A stretch of 64,000 nt of DNA from Macrostomum lignano. Taxonomy: Eukaryota. The stretch is taken from the NCBI GenBank assembly GCA_002269645.1, contig NIVC01000716.1, positions 269,426-333,425 of the forward strand, read 5' to 3'. Below, piece by piece: positions 11,747 to 25,211 of this stretch (positions are counted from its first letter, which is position 1; the number at the start of each line of letters is the position of its first letter). The translations under genes and the position numbers were made by a program. The notes below the pieces were generated by a model. That model searched no databases and was not told the origin of the DNA. It was given only the letters and a program-made list of their open reading frames with translations.

Positions 11747-14700
11747 ATGCCAAAAGCCAATCCAGCAAAAGATTTAGTCAACAAATATTTTTCGTCTCAT
11801 TTACCCTACCCTAAAACCTTACAAGGCGTCTCATTTCAAGACAAAAGTAATTTACTAAGAGAAGCATGCAAACAAAAGTTTAACACCGACCCTGGTCACC
11901 TGGGAAGCTATGAAAAACAGTTGGAAATCATCAATCAATTAGAATTCAACCAGTATGCGCCTATAAAAAATCCTGCAAAGGAAAACCAAGAGAGGAGTCG
12001 CAACTTAGTTAACAAATATGAAACTCTCACTGGTGAAAAAGCAAAGTACCACAAAATAAGCGGGAACAAGAGAAATTAGAGCAATTAATCCATTTAAAAG
12101 AGTCGGAGCTTGCCATTGAAGAGATTAATTTTGCACAGAAGAAGTTTACAGAACATTACATAGAGTACACAATCCCAATAAACGGCACCACCGCAAACAT
12201 CTACGACTATAAAGACAGCATCCAATCAGTTGTTGATCACACACTCAAAACACGCAAGACCTTTAAACTACAGATATCATTTAAGATTGCGTTTTATATG
12301 CCTGCGAAACCCACTGAGCATCTCGAGTATTACATGACAACAAAGGCAAAGCCATTCACCCCTACAGACACACTGGACCCATTCCTTCAAGATGTCACTA
12401 AGAAAATTGAAGCGTTTACATCCAGAGGTTCCGGATGGGTCGTAGGAGGGATTCAAAGAGCGACTGTCATGGTCATGAAATATGACCCACTTAAAGCCTC
12501 CTCTTATATAGAGCTTCCGCATAAGCTAGCCGGAAAAAAAGCTTGCATAAATGTTAAAAATAAAGACAACTGCTGCGCTCTATGGGCAGTTCTCTCTGCA
12601 CTTCATCATGATAGTGTCCTTCACCACCCCGAAAGAACCTCAAATTATCAAAATTATTTCAAGGACTATCTCATCGAATGCGAAAAGAAGGGAATCAGGT
12701 TTGACAAAGGAGGCTTGGCGATCTCTCAGATCCCAAAGCTAGAAGAAGTGTTTAATAACAAAGTTAGAATAACAGTCTTTGAGTGGAGTGAAAAAACTGA
12801 GAAAGTTCAACCGGTCAGATGTAGCAAAGACGTTTTAGATCCTGAGGGGAAAAGGCAGACTGAAGTGGATCTTCTAGTGATTGGTAATTTACTAGAGGAG
12901 GCTCACTATGTTTGGATTAAAGATCTTTCAAGACTCATTCACAAGCAGTTGAATAACCATCACGAGGCTGTTGCCATCTGCCGCTTGTGCCTTAAGCATT
13001 ACAGTGGACCTGAACGCTTTGAAAAGCTAACAGAGCATGAATTATCATGTGAAGATCACCCTACCAACTGCTCTCTTCCTTCAGCTGAAGAGAAGTATCT
13101 CCGGTTTAAGAACTATCACAAGATGGAGAAGCTCCCATTTGTTGTATATGCTGATTTCGAATGCTCAATCGTGCCAAAAACTCAAAAACAAACTCCAACT
13201 CAAAAACAAACTCAAACTCAAAAACATGTCCCCAATTCAGTAGCATATGCCTTTATTAATACAAAAGGACTTGTTGAGTATAATTATTTCTTTGGAGAGC
13301 AGTGTGTGGAGCAGTTTATTGCCAGAACGTTAGAGTTGCAAAGAGTGATTAGCACTCTTCAAACTGTTCCAATAATGATGACTGAGGAGGATGAAAGTAA
13401 TTTCCTATCAGCAACTCATTGCCACATCTGCAGGAAAAAGTTAACTTGCACTGATATTAAAAACCCCACCGTTAGGGACCACTGCCACTTTACTGGGAAA
13501 TTTAGAGGTGCAGCGCATAACACCTGTAATCTAAAGCTAAAATCGTCGGAGAAGTTCTTTTCAAAGCTAACAGACTCTGAAATCTCTGACAAAGACTATG
13601 AGCACGCGAAGCATGTCTATAATTACTTTAATTGTCAAAACTTCTTTCAGTATCACCTGCTTTACCTCTTCACAGATGTGTTTCTGCTGGCTGATGTGTT
13701 TGAAACCTTCAGATACACCTGGTACACAGCATATGGCCTCGATCCAGCACATTATGTGTCTCTGCCTGCCACTAGCTGGGAATCTTTGCTTAAAATGAAA
13801 TGGGATCAAGATCCAGATTGGTACATTGAACTTCTTACAGACATTGACATGTACAATTTTGTCGAATCGTCAAAGCGAGGGGGATCTCAATTTGCGTTAA
13901 CAGGTATGCAAAAGCAAACAATCCCTACATTGAATCTTACAATAAGGAGCAGCCCTCAAACTACATTACTTACTTGGAAGCTAATAATCTACGGTTGGGC
14001 GATGAGTCAAGATCTTCCAGTTAGAGATTTTCGATGGCTACCCTCATCAGATCTAAAGTGGGACTTTTCATTGGCTGCCATTTATGAGGTTGATGTTTAC
14101 ATTCCACCAGAGCTTCACGACTATTTCTCTGACTTTCCACCCTTCCCAGAGAACATCAAGTGTCCGAAAATAATCGAAACTCCCAATGGAACTTGGCACC
14201 TGTCAGGAACAGAAAAAGAACATACAGAGAAATTAACACAGAATCTACACAACAAGACACGTTACAAAATCCATTACAAACTGCTTCAGTATTTTATCTC
14301 ACTTGGTTGTAGGGTCACCAAAGTTCACAGGGCTCTTACATTTACAGAGGAAGCGTGGATGAAACCCTACATTGATAAGAACATTCAGTTTAGGACCAAA
14401 GCAACCAACGACTTTGACAAGAACCTCTTTGAGTTGGCCAACAACTCTGTCTATGGTAAGACTCTTGAGAATGAGCGGAAAAGAACAAACCTGAAACTTG
14501 TTACCTCATCAGAGCCTGCTGTTATTCAGGCAAATATGTCAAAGCCAACATTCAAAGAACTCCATATCTTTAATAGCTACTTAGGTGTGATCATATTTTA
14601 CAAAACCAAGGTGACGCTGCGCAAGCCGATCTATACAGGTGTCACTGTTCTCGACGAATCAAAACGTCTGATGTACCAATTCTTCTATGGCATGAAGCAG

Positions 14701-15128
14701 CAGTACAAGGATAAAATGAAACTCTTGTACACTGACACAGACAGTTTTATTATGGACATTCAAACAGAAGACATTTATCAGGACATAAACGAGATTGCTG
14801 GTGACATAATCACTGAATTCATTGGGTTGAGAGCAAAGTTCTATTTTGTAAAATGTGAGTCGTCAGACCCAATTAAAAATCAAAGGGAATTCCGAAACGT
14901 GTGGTTAGGAAGGAAATTAATGAAGCTGAATACAGAGACACCTTGAATTGCAACAAAAAGACATCACATGAGTTCTCAAAGCTACAATCTAAAAACCATA
15001 TTATTCACACAATTCAACAAAAAAAGATTGGACTGTCAGGTGCAGATAACAAGAGATTCATTTTTGATGACAATATTAACAGTCTACCGTTCGGGCACTG
15101 GAGGTTAGGTTTAGGAGGTGCAGATTAG
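11747..15128 (+). pseudogene. Protein-primed family B DNA polymerase (pPolB) with frameshifts and two internal deletions
   Basis: YADFEC, DHCHFTGKFRGAAHNTCN insert, LANNSVYGK and YTDTDS. Lacks the exonuclease-region block present in Polinton-2 (deleted at ~13545). Confidence 0.95.
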
Positions 15129-15258
15129 GTTCGGGCACTGGAGATTAGGTTCGGGCACTGGAGGTTAGGTTTAGGAGGTGGAGATTGGGTTTAGGAGGTG
15201 TAGGTTAGGTTTAGGTTTAAGAGAAAGTTTAATAAACCTCATAAAAAATGACATAAAA

Positions 15259-15650
15259 ATGACGACAAATAACTTTCTTGAAGATTTGGCTAACGAACTG
15301 GAAGTCCCAAACTTTAGAGGAATATTTCTGAGGGACACTGTGCCTGATTTTCCACTGAATGCGGCATCATGAACTTTGACACCACCGATAAGCCAGGATC
15401 TCATTGGGTTTGCTGGGTGATTGATCCCGATCGCAAGCACAAGTGTTATTACTTTGATAGCTATGGGACGGCAGTACCAGAAGAGCTAAGAAATTATATG
15501 AAGGGAAAAAATAAAAAAAATTATCGCTCAGACTTTATTCTCCAAGGTCTTAGCAGTGATATTTGCGGTGAGTTGTACATGACTGTTTTGTATGCAATGA
15601 CCAAAACACGAAAGACCTACAAGGAAATTATTCTTGGCTGTGTTTCATAA
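15259..15650 (+). pseudogene. Adenain-like cysteine protease, frameshifted
   Basis: GSHWVCW, YFDSYG and Q...SDICG motifs split across two frames. Confidence 0.9.
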
Positions 15651-15654
15651 GGGC

Positions 15655-16366
15655 TCATTGTGCATTTCTCGCCGTCCTTCTTGCCGAATTTCTTGCCGAC
15701 TTTCTTTCCACATAATGTTGAAGAACTTTCTCGAGTTCATTTCTCAGCTGACTCATGTCATCAGTACCGACCATGTTCAAGTTCATTCGAATCGTTTGTT
15801 CATAAAGATCCTGAATGGTTTTGAACTCATCCTCTGAAATGAACTTATCCTCGATTGCCCTTGAAATGTACCCTATGATTGAAGTGTGCACCCCTTTCTC
15901 TTTTACTTGCTTCTCCTGTAGCTGCTTTAGTTTTTTTTCGCCTGTTTCGCGCTAATGCTCCAGTAATTGCTGAAATAAATCCACATGCAGCACCCACAGA
16001 GCCGAGCGGGATTGCGATTGGGACTGTGATGGCTGGCAACGTTGAGACAGCCGCAGCAGATCCAGATAGAACAGACACAGATCCTAGAATCATATTGCTG
16101 TAGTCGAAAATTTTACAGTGGCTGTCATAGCGCTTAATTTTCTTTGTGTTGTGGAAAATATTTTTTTCAAGATCATCTCGCATTTTTTGAATCTCCACTA
16201 GTCGAAACTGCTGAGATTTACAAGTAATGACGGGGTAGAGTTTTTGTTGCGCATATTGAGGTGCACTAGGTGTTGTGGGAGCTGTGGGAGCATTCGGTGC
16301 CATTGGGTTTGGTGCTGTCGGTACTTTAGGTTCAGACTGATCGTATAAAGAATTTTGTTGGGCCAT
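15655..16366 (-). pseudogene. Conserved Polinton membrane-hairpin protein, frameshifted
   Basis: QFRLVEI...two hydrophobic helices...ISRAIEDKFISEDEF; homologs at 37673 and 58915. Confidence 0.7.
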
Positions 16367-16420
16367 TTTTTCCCTAGAAAAAATATAAAAAAATACAAAA
16401 CTACCCGGTTGAAAGATCTG

Positions 16421-17290
16421 TTATTTTCTCTTTGGTAATTTCATCTGCACCCCGTCGGAGCAATCCGGCGCACTCTCAAACGTCAGCCGCCCAGCCGCTG
16501 CCTGCTGGACACGCGATCCTCCGGCGTCACGAGAGCCGCCCAGACAGCCGGCGGCTGCTTCTGCGGCTCCACCGTCAGCTCGGACTCGATCTGCAGGCAT
16601 GTCTGTAAAAACAATAGATTCTGCTTCATCAATAGCAATATCACGAAGATTGAGTGTTCTCTCCAGACGATCAAGCCTCCTTATTATTTTACCCCAAGAG
16701 CTATACATTCCGTTTAGATAGCTACTGTGTGATACATCGTTTCTCTTTAATGCTTCAAGTTTTTCTTTAATTCTATCATGCAACGCTGTTGACTGGTTCA
16801 TGAACTCTTCTAAGTTATTGACTTTAACTGTATTGGTTGCGACGTTTTCTTTAATTCTATCATGCAATGCTGTTGACTGGTTCATGAACTCTTCTAAATT
16901 ATTGACTTTAGCTGTGTTTGTGAAAACTCGTCCTTCAAGAATACGCATCCGTCTATCAGTGGAATTTCCCAGAAGATTAACTGATGATCTCAAGCCGTTG
17001 ATTAGCGAGACTATCGAAGTTATTTCTGACCTTAGTTCATTAGTTGCGTTTAACAACGGCACATAAAGCTTATCACTTTCAAACTTCTGCCTAGCTACTT
17101 TAAGCCTGAGATCTTCCATGCTTATTTGCAACTGGTGCATGGAGCGCTCTAGGGCTTTTAGTCTGTTTTTCAGTTTGATCTCTGGGATCTTTTCGTCGCT
17201 GTTGATATATCGCCTGCCAAGGATGGATATTTAAGCTGATGTAAGAGCGCTGTTGCCAGAAATGTATTCACCTGCAAAATTGATAGACAT
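16421..17290 (-). pseudogene. Coiled-coil (fibre-like) protein
   Basis: Heptad-rich with a duplicated NNLEEFMNQSTALHDRIKE block; almost identical to 36902-37636; 5' frameshift. Confidence 0.65.
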
Positions 17291-17306
17291 CTTTTAATAG
17301 CAAATT

Positions 17307-18106
17307 TTAAATTACAGTTCTTTTCTCCTTGTTGATCATGACAAACTGATAGGGTTGGTTCCACTTTTCGTAGCAGAGGTTAACGAATTCCTCTTGTGAA
17401 ATCTCTCTGTTTAAGTTTTTTGTTGGATTTATAAAATAGGCAGGCGCAATGACCTCATTATAAAATCTTTTTAGCCTGTCCTGTGGAATGGTTGGAAACA
17501 GGAGAATCAGATTGCAGTTCCCGCGAATTGTTTTTTTCGGGAGCTCGAACCAGTTCTCTGCAATGTAAATTACATTACAATTGTTATGTCGTCCTCTTGT
17601 AAAATAGTTTTCTATCTGCTTCTGTGGGCCTGTCATACAATCATCAAAGACGATCAAATGCTTTCTCCCCTTTTCTAGCTCATCTGGATGGGGTAGAAGT
17701 TTGGTCTTTGGATCCACCTGTGGATCTCCATAGGTGAACACTTTGATGTTCTGCGATTTTCATTGTCTTTGATGTGCTTTGCATATTCGGCAGCAACAAT
17801 TTCTGGGTTACTGGGAAGGTTTTGTTGGTTTTTAAAACATTGAATAATGTCCTCTTTGTTCAGTTTGTTTTGCAATCCAGAAATCAGCATTTTATACTCA
17901 TCTTGATACAGTGTGGGAGAGTAGATGTGCAGAGTGTCATAGTCGATAAAGCCAGGTCTAAGAAGCATGTTAAAGACTCTGAATGTTTTACCTGAACCTG
18001 ATGAACCAACAACAATGCAGCTGAAGTGACTTGGGATTGACTCGTGATGAGAAAACTTAATCTGATTACGCGTCCAGTGAGGATTGAAGTCGTTTGAAAA
18101 GTCCAT
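17307..18106 (-). pseudogene. A32/FtsK-like genome-packaging ATPase, frameshifted
   Basis: Walker A GSSGSGKT, Walker B LIVFDD, RGRHNN motif. Confidence 0.92.
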
Positions 18107-18537
18107 TTTTTCTATGATGAAAAAAATTAAATAATTTAGATGTGTCATTTCGGGACTTAAATGTGTCATTTCGGGACTTGTCTTGTACCCTTGAAAAGTA
18201 CCCTTTAGTCAAATTTGAAATCACTTCCTTTTTTAATGCTAGCTCTCATCTTCTCATAGACTGCAGGGTCCACACTGTCTGGATTTGGGGCCAGTGGAGC
18301 CAGCGGGGCCGGCGGCTGAATCTCTTGTTTAGGTTTTACAGTGTCCTTTATCTTTTTGGCTGCTGTGGCTACACTGCCAGCCGCTTCGGCAACGTTCTTG
18401 ATGTTCTCTTTGTTCTCTTCAATGTCCTTAAAAATCTTGGCCCCCTGAGCGATCAAATCGGCAAGGCCATTCCCAGAGCGTTCTTTTCTTGGATAGTGGC
18501 CTGCAGGGAAAAGTCCAGATCCACGTTTAATGAGATT

Positions 18538-19140
18538 AACCTGAGTTGGTTTTTGGACGAAAACTGCGGGTTCCCGTGGTTTCAGCGTTTGACCAAGGCG
18601 AGTCTGTGCTGTACAAACTATCCGATGCAGTTGGGCAGCCCGCGAAATTCCTGATGACCGCGGGACGCAACACAGCCTGGGTTTTGGCGAATGGCCGCCT
18701 ACAGTTTGCTAGCACCAACCAAATCGCTCCATACCATGGTGCTGACATCGACGATGGCGAGGAGGAAGAGGGTGATGCTACACCGGCAACGACCCCGGAT
18801 GACGATGGACAGCATCCAACGTCTACGCTGAGACGAAGCTCACGCATTAGGCTGCAACCTAACAGATTTGCGCCATAAAATCGCTATGGCATGAACTAGC
18901 TAAGATTGACACTAGTTGGCGTGCGTTTACTGTTTACTGACATATTTAAACTGTTTTGTTATGCTTGTCCAATGTTCCCATTTGGAGGGGGACATGAAGT
19001 GCATGGCAAATGCACTTAATTATTGTAGCCCATACTCGTACTTTGCGAGTTTCGTCCCCTTTTATTACGTGCTAACTGTAGTAGTCCCCATTCACTTATG
19101 TCTATGACCACGACCTTAAAACCCTCGTATTGCCTCCCCC
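18538..19140 (+). mobile_element. Gypsy-like pol 3' end with PPT and start of LTR
   Basis: LRRSSRIRLQPNRF C-terminus; purine tract ggaggggga at ~18984 followed by TGAAGTG. Confidence 0.55.
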
Positions 19141-19345
19141 CAAGCGCGTCTTCTCTCTAAGTTTTTCTTCGGCCCAAAGCTTTCGGAATCGCATGACAAA
19201 TAAAAAGCAATATCAGCCATAAGAGATAATCTGCAACAAGACAAATACATCAGTTACCAGACACAACAATGGCGTTTTATCAGTTTGAACAAAAAGAAAT
19301 ACACAAGATGAAAAATTGAGCAGTTTGGGGGGCGGCACTTAAAGT

Positions 19346-19537
19346 GTTAGCGTATTTGCGATATGAACTAACAACCATAGATATGTCAGTGCGATACTGT
19401 ATTGGATATTTATTGAACTTTCTAGAAAGGGATACGCACAGCTATTTGCACCAACAATATTAATCAATATTATGTATCTGACAATTACTATATAAAGTAC
19501 TAAAAGTATATATACGAGCTATATACTATAAACAACA
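19346..19537 (-). repeat. Copia 3' LTR
   Basis: On the minus strand, PPT TTAAGTGGGAG (19548-19538) is followed by TGTTG...CTAACA, with AATAAA inside. Confidence 0.65.
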
Positions 19538-19662
19538 CTCCCACTTAATTGTCAGAAACTTATCATTGGAAGATTTAAGTTAATCGCGGAAGATTACTCA
19601 GTAGTCTATGATATTAAAAATGGATGACAATGACATTAATTACTTCAGTTACTCCAGTTACT

Positions 19663-21732
19663 TCAATTCATATCCATACACTTAATACCAAGCATTGATC
19701 GCAGATTTTCAAACTGATGCCTGGGAATTGGCTTTGTCAGAATGTCCGCCTGCATTTCCTTTGTCGGACAGTATTCCAGTTTCACAGTACCAGCTTGAAT
19801 AGCATCTCGAATAAAATGATAGCGGATGTCAATATGCTTTGTCCGCTTGTGTCGAATCGGATTTTTTGACATTGCAATGGCTCCTTGATTGTCTTCTTTA
19901 ATTACAGTTGACCCAGTGACATTGGCACCCAAATCACTTACAAGTCGACGAAGCCATATTGCCTCCTGTGTCGCAGAGGCAAGGGCCATGTACTTAGCTT
20001 CTGTCGTTGACAACGCCACCGTGGTTTGCTTTTGACTTAACCATGTTACTGCTCCACCGGCCATAATGAAGACACTTCCAGTGACTGAGCGTCTGCTATC
20101 CAAGTCCGACGCCCAATCAGCGTCTGAGTAGCCAATGATCTCGTTACTTCCAGACTTCTCATATTTCAGAACGACGTCCGATGAGCCTTTCAGCTATCGA
20201 AGAATTCTCTTGGCAGCGGTGAGATGAGCCTCAGTTGGTTTGGAATTGAATTTCGATACTGATCCCACTGCTTGAGCAATGTCTGGCCGTGTAGCGATCG
20301 CTGCGTACAATAGGCTGCCTACAATTGATTGATAGGCCTTTGGATCCACGAATTTGCTGTAGCCATCGTTTTCAACGAGCTTGACGCTTGAATCCATTGG
20401 GGTTGTGGCTGGGTTTGCTTCCAACATTTTAAACTTCTTCAGTAGTTGCATAATGTATTGCTTCTGATGAAGTTGAAGAAATCGTCTCTCTGAGTCAATC
20501 ACTATTGTCACTCCTAAACAGTAATGAAGCTCTCCCATATCTTTCATCTTGAATCGTCGAGTGAATTCCTCCTTGATACTCTGCATTTCATCCATAGTAT
20601 CAGTAGCCATCACCAAGTCGTCAACATAAACCGCAATGATTGACATGTTTCCAAGTTTGCGAGTGAACACACATGGGTCTGCTCCACTTTCCTTGAATCC
20701 AATCGAGATTAGATAATCACAGAGGGCCTTGTTCCAACACCGGGGTGATTGCTTTAGACCATATAGCGATCTTTTCAGCTTGCAGACTAAATTCTCTTTG
20801 TCGCATTTAACGTATCCGGGTGGTTGATCCATGAAGTTTTCTTCTGTTAAATGTCCGTTTAGAAATGCAGTGACCACATTCATTTGATGAATGTGCATTT
20901 CTCGTTGAGTTGCGAATGCCAGTATAGTACGGATTGATGAGAATCTTACCACAGGAGAAAACGTCTCGTCATAATCCACTCCAGGTTGTTGAGAATACCC
21001 TTTGGCAACCAGGCGTCCTTTGAATCGTTCAATGTTTCCGCAGCTGGCATGCTTCACTTTGAATACCCACTTGCAGCCAACAGTCTTTCGTCCTTCTGGA
21101 AGAGAAACTAATTCCCACGTTTCATTTTCTATCAGAGAGTTGTATTCCGAGTCTGTTGCTTTTTCCATTCCTTCGCATTGTCACAACTCCAAGCCTCGTC
21201 AATCGGTCTGGGTTCCAAAATCTCCATGGCTCGAAAAGCACGATGTTGTGGCTCTGTTGTACTTAGGCTAGCTACTTCGAAGTTCTCATTGTATTGAAAA
21301 CGCTCTGGGGTTTTCCTTTGTCGCGTGGTCTTTGGCAGAATTTGTTGGATTTCAGTTTCAATTTCTTCATTCGGAGTTGTTCGGCTGTTGTGCTCGTCGA
21401 GGTTCACTTCCATATGTGAATTTATCTTTTCATTGTTCTGCTGGAAATCATTCAACTTTCCGAAGTCTCCCTCATTGAAGATGACATCGTAACGAACAAC
21501 TGTTTTCCTAGTTCTTTCGTCAAACAATCTGTAGCCCTTTTGATTGTCACTGTAGCCAACGAACCTAAGCTTGGTAGTCTTCTTATCAAGTTTTTGTCTC
21601 TCTACTGTAGGAATTTGAGCATAAGCTACACAGCTAAACGTTCGAAGGTGTGAGATGTTTGGCTTTCGTCCACACCATCTTTCGTAGGGTGTCATCATTG
21701 GCGCTACCGAGTTCGTCGTCCAAACTTGTCCA
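19663..21732 (-). mobile_element. Ty1/Copia pol 3' half (integrase end, RT, RNase H), frameshifted
   Basis: TPYERWCGRKP, FKGRLVAKGYSQQPGVDY, VYVDDL, KHIDIRYHFIRD. Confidence 0.95.
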
Positions 21733-21802
21733 AAGTTCCTCTTTGTCATAGTATTTGTCAATGTCTTTTTCGAAAATAGGTGGCATTTTTACTTGAAATA
21801 AA

Positions 21803-23041
21803 TTATTTTTTGTTGAACCGCGAAAGCAGAAGCTCTCTCGCCCTCTTATCGATGTATTTTCTCTCAAGCATTTTATCCAGGATGTTGACAAATTCTTTTC
21901 TATTCTCGTCTTTCATTCCGGTCTTTGCCGCTCCTAGAAGAACCGTTACTCGCTTGTAGATTTCAGCTATTCCTTTTCCAGATTTGGGCGGTTGGTTTTG
22001 GGGTTGTGGAGTTGGTTGGGTTTGAAGCTGTTGGGGAGGTGATGCATAAGACTGCTCGCTTTCAGAGATGGAACTGTCATGCGGTGCCTGTCTTTGTTGA
22101 GGTGTGAAAACTCTTTGATTGATTCTATTCATTCGATCTGGAGAGTGTTGTTCTAAGCGTTGCCAGGCATCTGGGTGATCATTTTTATATTTAGCTACTT
22201 GAGTCGGATCTGCATTTTCCAGTTGCCTGAGTACTTCTGTAAAATGTTGTTGCTGTGGTTGTTGTTGTTGCTGTTGTTGTTGTTGTTGTTCTAGATATTT
22301 CATCTGATCAATGACTTCCACCTGATCTGGCAAACCGAACCATACTTTGATGTGCTTGTACTTTTTGAATCTAGTCAGGTTGACACCGCTATCGTACATG
22401 TGTTTCAGAACTTCTGGGACCTTTAGTATTTCTATATCTCTAGCAAGAGCAAATGTCACTAGATCTTTGTAGTTCTTTAGCTGCTTGTCCGAGATTCTCT
22501 CTTGGTTCTTGGTCATAAAATTCAGTAAGGTTTCTGTGACAGGAATTCTCTTAGTGTCTGAGCCTTTGAAAACAGAAATATTTTCCTTATTTGTGTCGAT
22601 ATAATATTCCACTGGTTCATTATAAATGTTTTTTCTCCACACACTTATTCCAAATACATATTTCCCATCATATTCTACACGCTCTACTGGTCCAAAAATG
22701 TTATCTGTCACTTTTAGTTGTGATTGATGTGGTTGTGGTTGTTGTGGTTGCGGCTGTATCTGTGGTTGCGGCTGTATCTGTGGTTGCGGTTGTATCTGTG
22801 GTGCTTCTGGAATTTTGCCCAAAGCCTTTTGCACCTGGGTTTCCTGTATGTCGTCGATAGTTTCTTTGACCTGATCAATATTTTTCTTAGCTTCTCCATA
22901 CCCGGGTTTATGAAACTCTGTGGCTGCTTGGACAAACGCATTGTAGGATTGTTGCTCCTTATTTATTAGCCCGGTAACTCGTTTCTCTGCTTGTGCTAGC
23001 TTCTCCAATTCAGATATCTGCTGTGTACTTTTTCGTTTCAT
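21803..23041 (-). CDS. Gln/Pro-rich Polinton protein with conserved C-terminal helical motif
   Basis: 412 aa. C-terminal GKG...LLGAAKTG...EFVNIL motif; homologs at 34345 and 55525-56255. Confidence 0.75.
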   Translation of the reverse strand: MKRKSTQQISELEKLAQAEKRVTGLINKEQQSYNAFVQAATEFHKPGYGEAKKNIDQVKETIDDIQETQVQKALGKIPEAPQIQPQPQIQPQPQIQPQPQQPQPHQSQLKVTDNIFGPVERVEYDGKYVFGISVWRKNIYNEPVEYYIDTNKENISVFKGSDTKRIPVTETLLNFMTKNQERISDKQLKNYKDLVTFALARDIEILKVPEVLKHMYDSGVNLTRFKKYKHIKVWFGLPDQVEVIDQMKYLEQQQQQQQQQQPQQQHFTEVLRQLENADPTQVAKYKNDHPDAWQRLEQHSPDRMNRINQRVFTPQQRQAPHDSSISESEQSYASPPQQLQTQPTPQPQNQPPKSGKGIAEIYKRVTVLLGAAKTGMKDENRKEFVNILDKMLERKYIDKRARELLLSRFNKK

Positions 23042-23070
23042 TTCTTATTTTATTTTATTTTTAGTTAAAA

Positions 23071-24271
23071 ATGAACGACCCACTGACACCAGTTTTCTAC
23101 AAAATTAACAAGCCTATTTTGAGTGATGATAGCACAATCAAAGCGACTCAGGTAAGAGTTCCCAGTCAGGAAAATCAGAATGAAACTAATTTGGGTCCAG
23201 GTCAAACGCTGACTTTCACATACAACGGATGTTCGTCTTTGGTCAGTGTCCACAGTCTAAGGAGTGGCTTCTATATGACGTTTCAATTCAAAACTAAAGG
23301 GGGCGCAGACGCCGCTCATGCTAATGATGACCTACACAATGCGGATGTCGCACTAACCAGTAATTTCTGGGCTTATATGTTCAAAGAATTTAATGTGTCC
23401 AATGGAAGTACAGAGTTGGAAAGAATAGCAAACTTTGGTGTGGTCTATGATACCCAGTGCTTGATTGAGAACCCGGATTTTATTCAGATGGGGAGCGGTG
23501 CTGGATTCATCCCCAATGAACAGACAGGAGATGAGAATGACCCTGGTTACAAAAAGAGAAAGGAGAGATACAACTATGCACTTGTTGGTGAGAACGATGC
23601 TGCTAAGAATCCGCTGTTTAGGTCTGTAGATATTTTTGGACCTTTGAGGTTTATGAGTGGTTTCTGTAATAGTTTCAATCGGTTGACAAGCAACTTTAGC
23701 TACACATTTAGACTGACTAGAGATGACTGCACTCAAAGCTGAATACTTGAAGGCGATTGAGAAAGACATTGATGTTGCTTATACAACTTATATGTGCAGA
23801 GATGAGCGGAATGACGCAAGACACAATATTTGCATTAAAGAAGGCTCCTGTAGCAATCCAAGGTACATTATTGTCACTATGAGGAATACAACTAATGTAG
23901 GTAGATATCTACATGGAAACATTCGATCGATTCAACATGAGATCAGTGACAATTTATACCCTGCATTGCCACAAAATGGGAATTTCTCGGAGAACAAGAT
24001 TTGTAAGTTTTACAATGAACTGTCGGACCTGGCTGTCAAAGAGAATAACGGTATTGTTTTGACAACCTTGCAGTATAAAAAACTATATCCAATATTTGGT
24101 GTTGATGTGACTGCTAGACAAATGCCTACAGACAATAGCCCTGTTAACATTGTGACTAATATCGAGCGGAAAGAATTTGGTGCCGCAACGGCTGTTGATC
24201 TGTTTATTATCTATGCATTTGAGAGGAAAATCAAGGTCAATATGATCAATAACTCGTCTAGTAAAGTTTGA
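23071..24271 (+). pseudogene. Double jelly-roll major capsid protein, frameshift plus small deletion at ~23730
   Basis: Size, position next to the penton and beta-strand pattern (TLTFTYN, VALTSNFWAYMF, YPIFGVDV); colinear with 33028-34314. Confidence 0.8.
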
Positions 24272-24293
24272 ATAATTTTTTTTCAATAAAAAA

Positions 24294-25150
24294 ATGGAAG
24301 CCATAGCCGAAAGACTAAACAACATTGTTTCACACTCTAAGGAGAGCATTCCAATCACTGTAGCGGGGCGCATTACTGAGTCAAACGGAATCTTCATTCA
24401 AAAATTGGAGCAACCACTTCGTTTGGATCCCGAGGCGAATTACCACGTCTATCTCAATGATTTCACTGGGTGGTCAAATGTTCCCAACGTGACAGCGGAA
24501 AATAACAAGTTTTATTACAAATGGAAGCGTACTACAACAGAGGTTGTGATATTTCCTGTCAGCACACAGAGCGTGGATACTTATAATTACTTATTGGAGA
24601 ACGTCTTCACTAAACGAAAGCATTTTGAGATACCGGATGCAAGCAAACCAGAAAATAAACTGTTCCCTGTTAGATTAACTTATGATCTAACTGTCATGAG
24701 AGTTGTCTTGTAAGTTCATAAGGACGCAGAGGTAGAGTTTAAAGATGGCACTTGGTATCGCGAGTTGGGATTTGAAAAGAGAGTTTATGGTGGCGCCACA
24801 GACCAAAGCCCGCCGCAGGCGCCTGGCACTGTTGCTGTGTCCCGGCTAATATCCGGTATGTACTTGGCGCCAAATATCGCTGACATTGTCAAAGGTTTGA
24901 ATATATTAATTCGCAGCAATCTGAGCCATGATTGGATATTCAAGGGCAAACGAACCAACATACTTTTAACATTTCAAACTCTGTTGCTGGTGGCAAAATG
25001 CTTGTGCAAAAGCCAAACCCTGTGAAAAGAGTGATTCTGAGTAATAGAGAGATACATGAAATCGTTCTGCAGTTTGAAACAGAGGATGGAGTTGGTGTCG
25101 ATTTTAACGGGGAAGAGTTTGTGCTAACAATTGTTATAGAGAGAATGTGA
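24294..25150 (+). pseudogene. Minor capsid (penton, single jelly-roll) protein with stop and frameshift
   Basis: LEQPLRLD...VYLNDFTGWSNVPNV..NNKFYY and C-terminal VDFNGEEFVLTI. Confidence 0.8.
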
Positions 25151-25211
25151 GTCGTCCTCAGACTTGTAAAATTACGATATAAGCCACCAGGTACAACCTT
25201 GTAGTTGGCTA

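Larger units (their letters stand above)
18205..21786 (-). pseudogene. Small amphipathic virion-type protein split by a 3.2-kb insertion (exon-like parts 21733-21786 and 18205-18537)
   Basis: DKEEL at 21733 joins NLIKRGSGLFPAG at 18537, exactly as in the intact copy 35507-35887. Confidence 0.8.
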
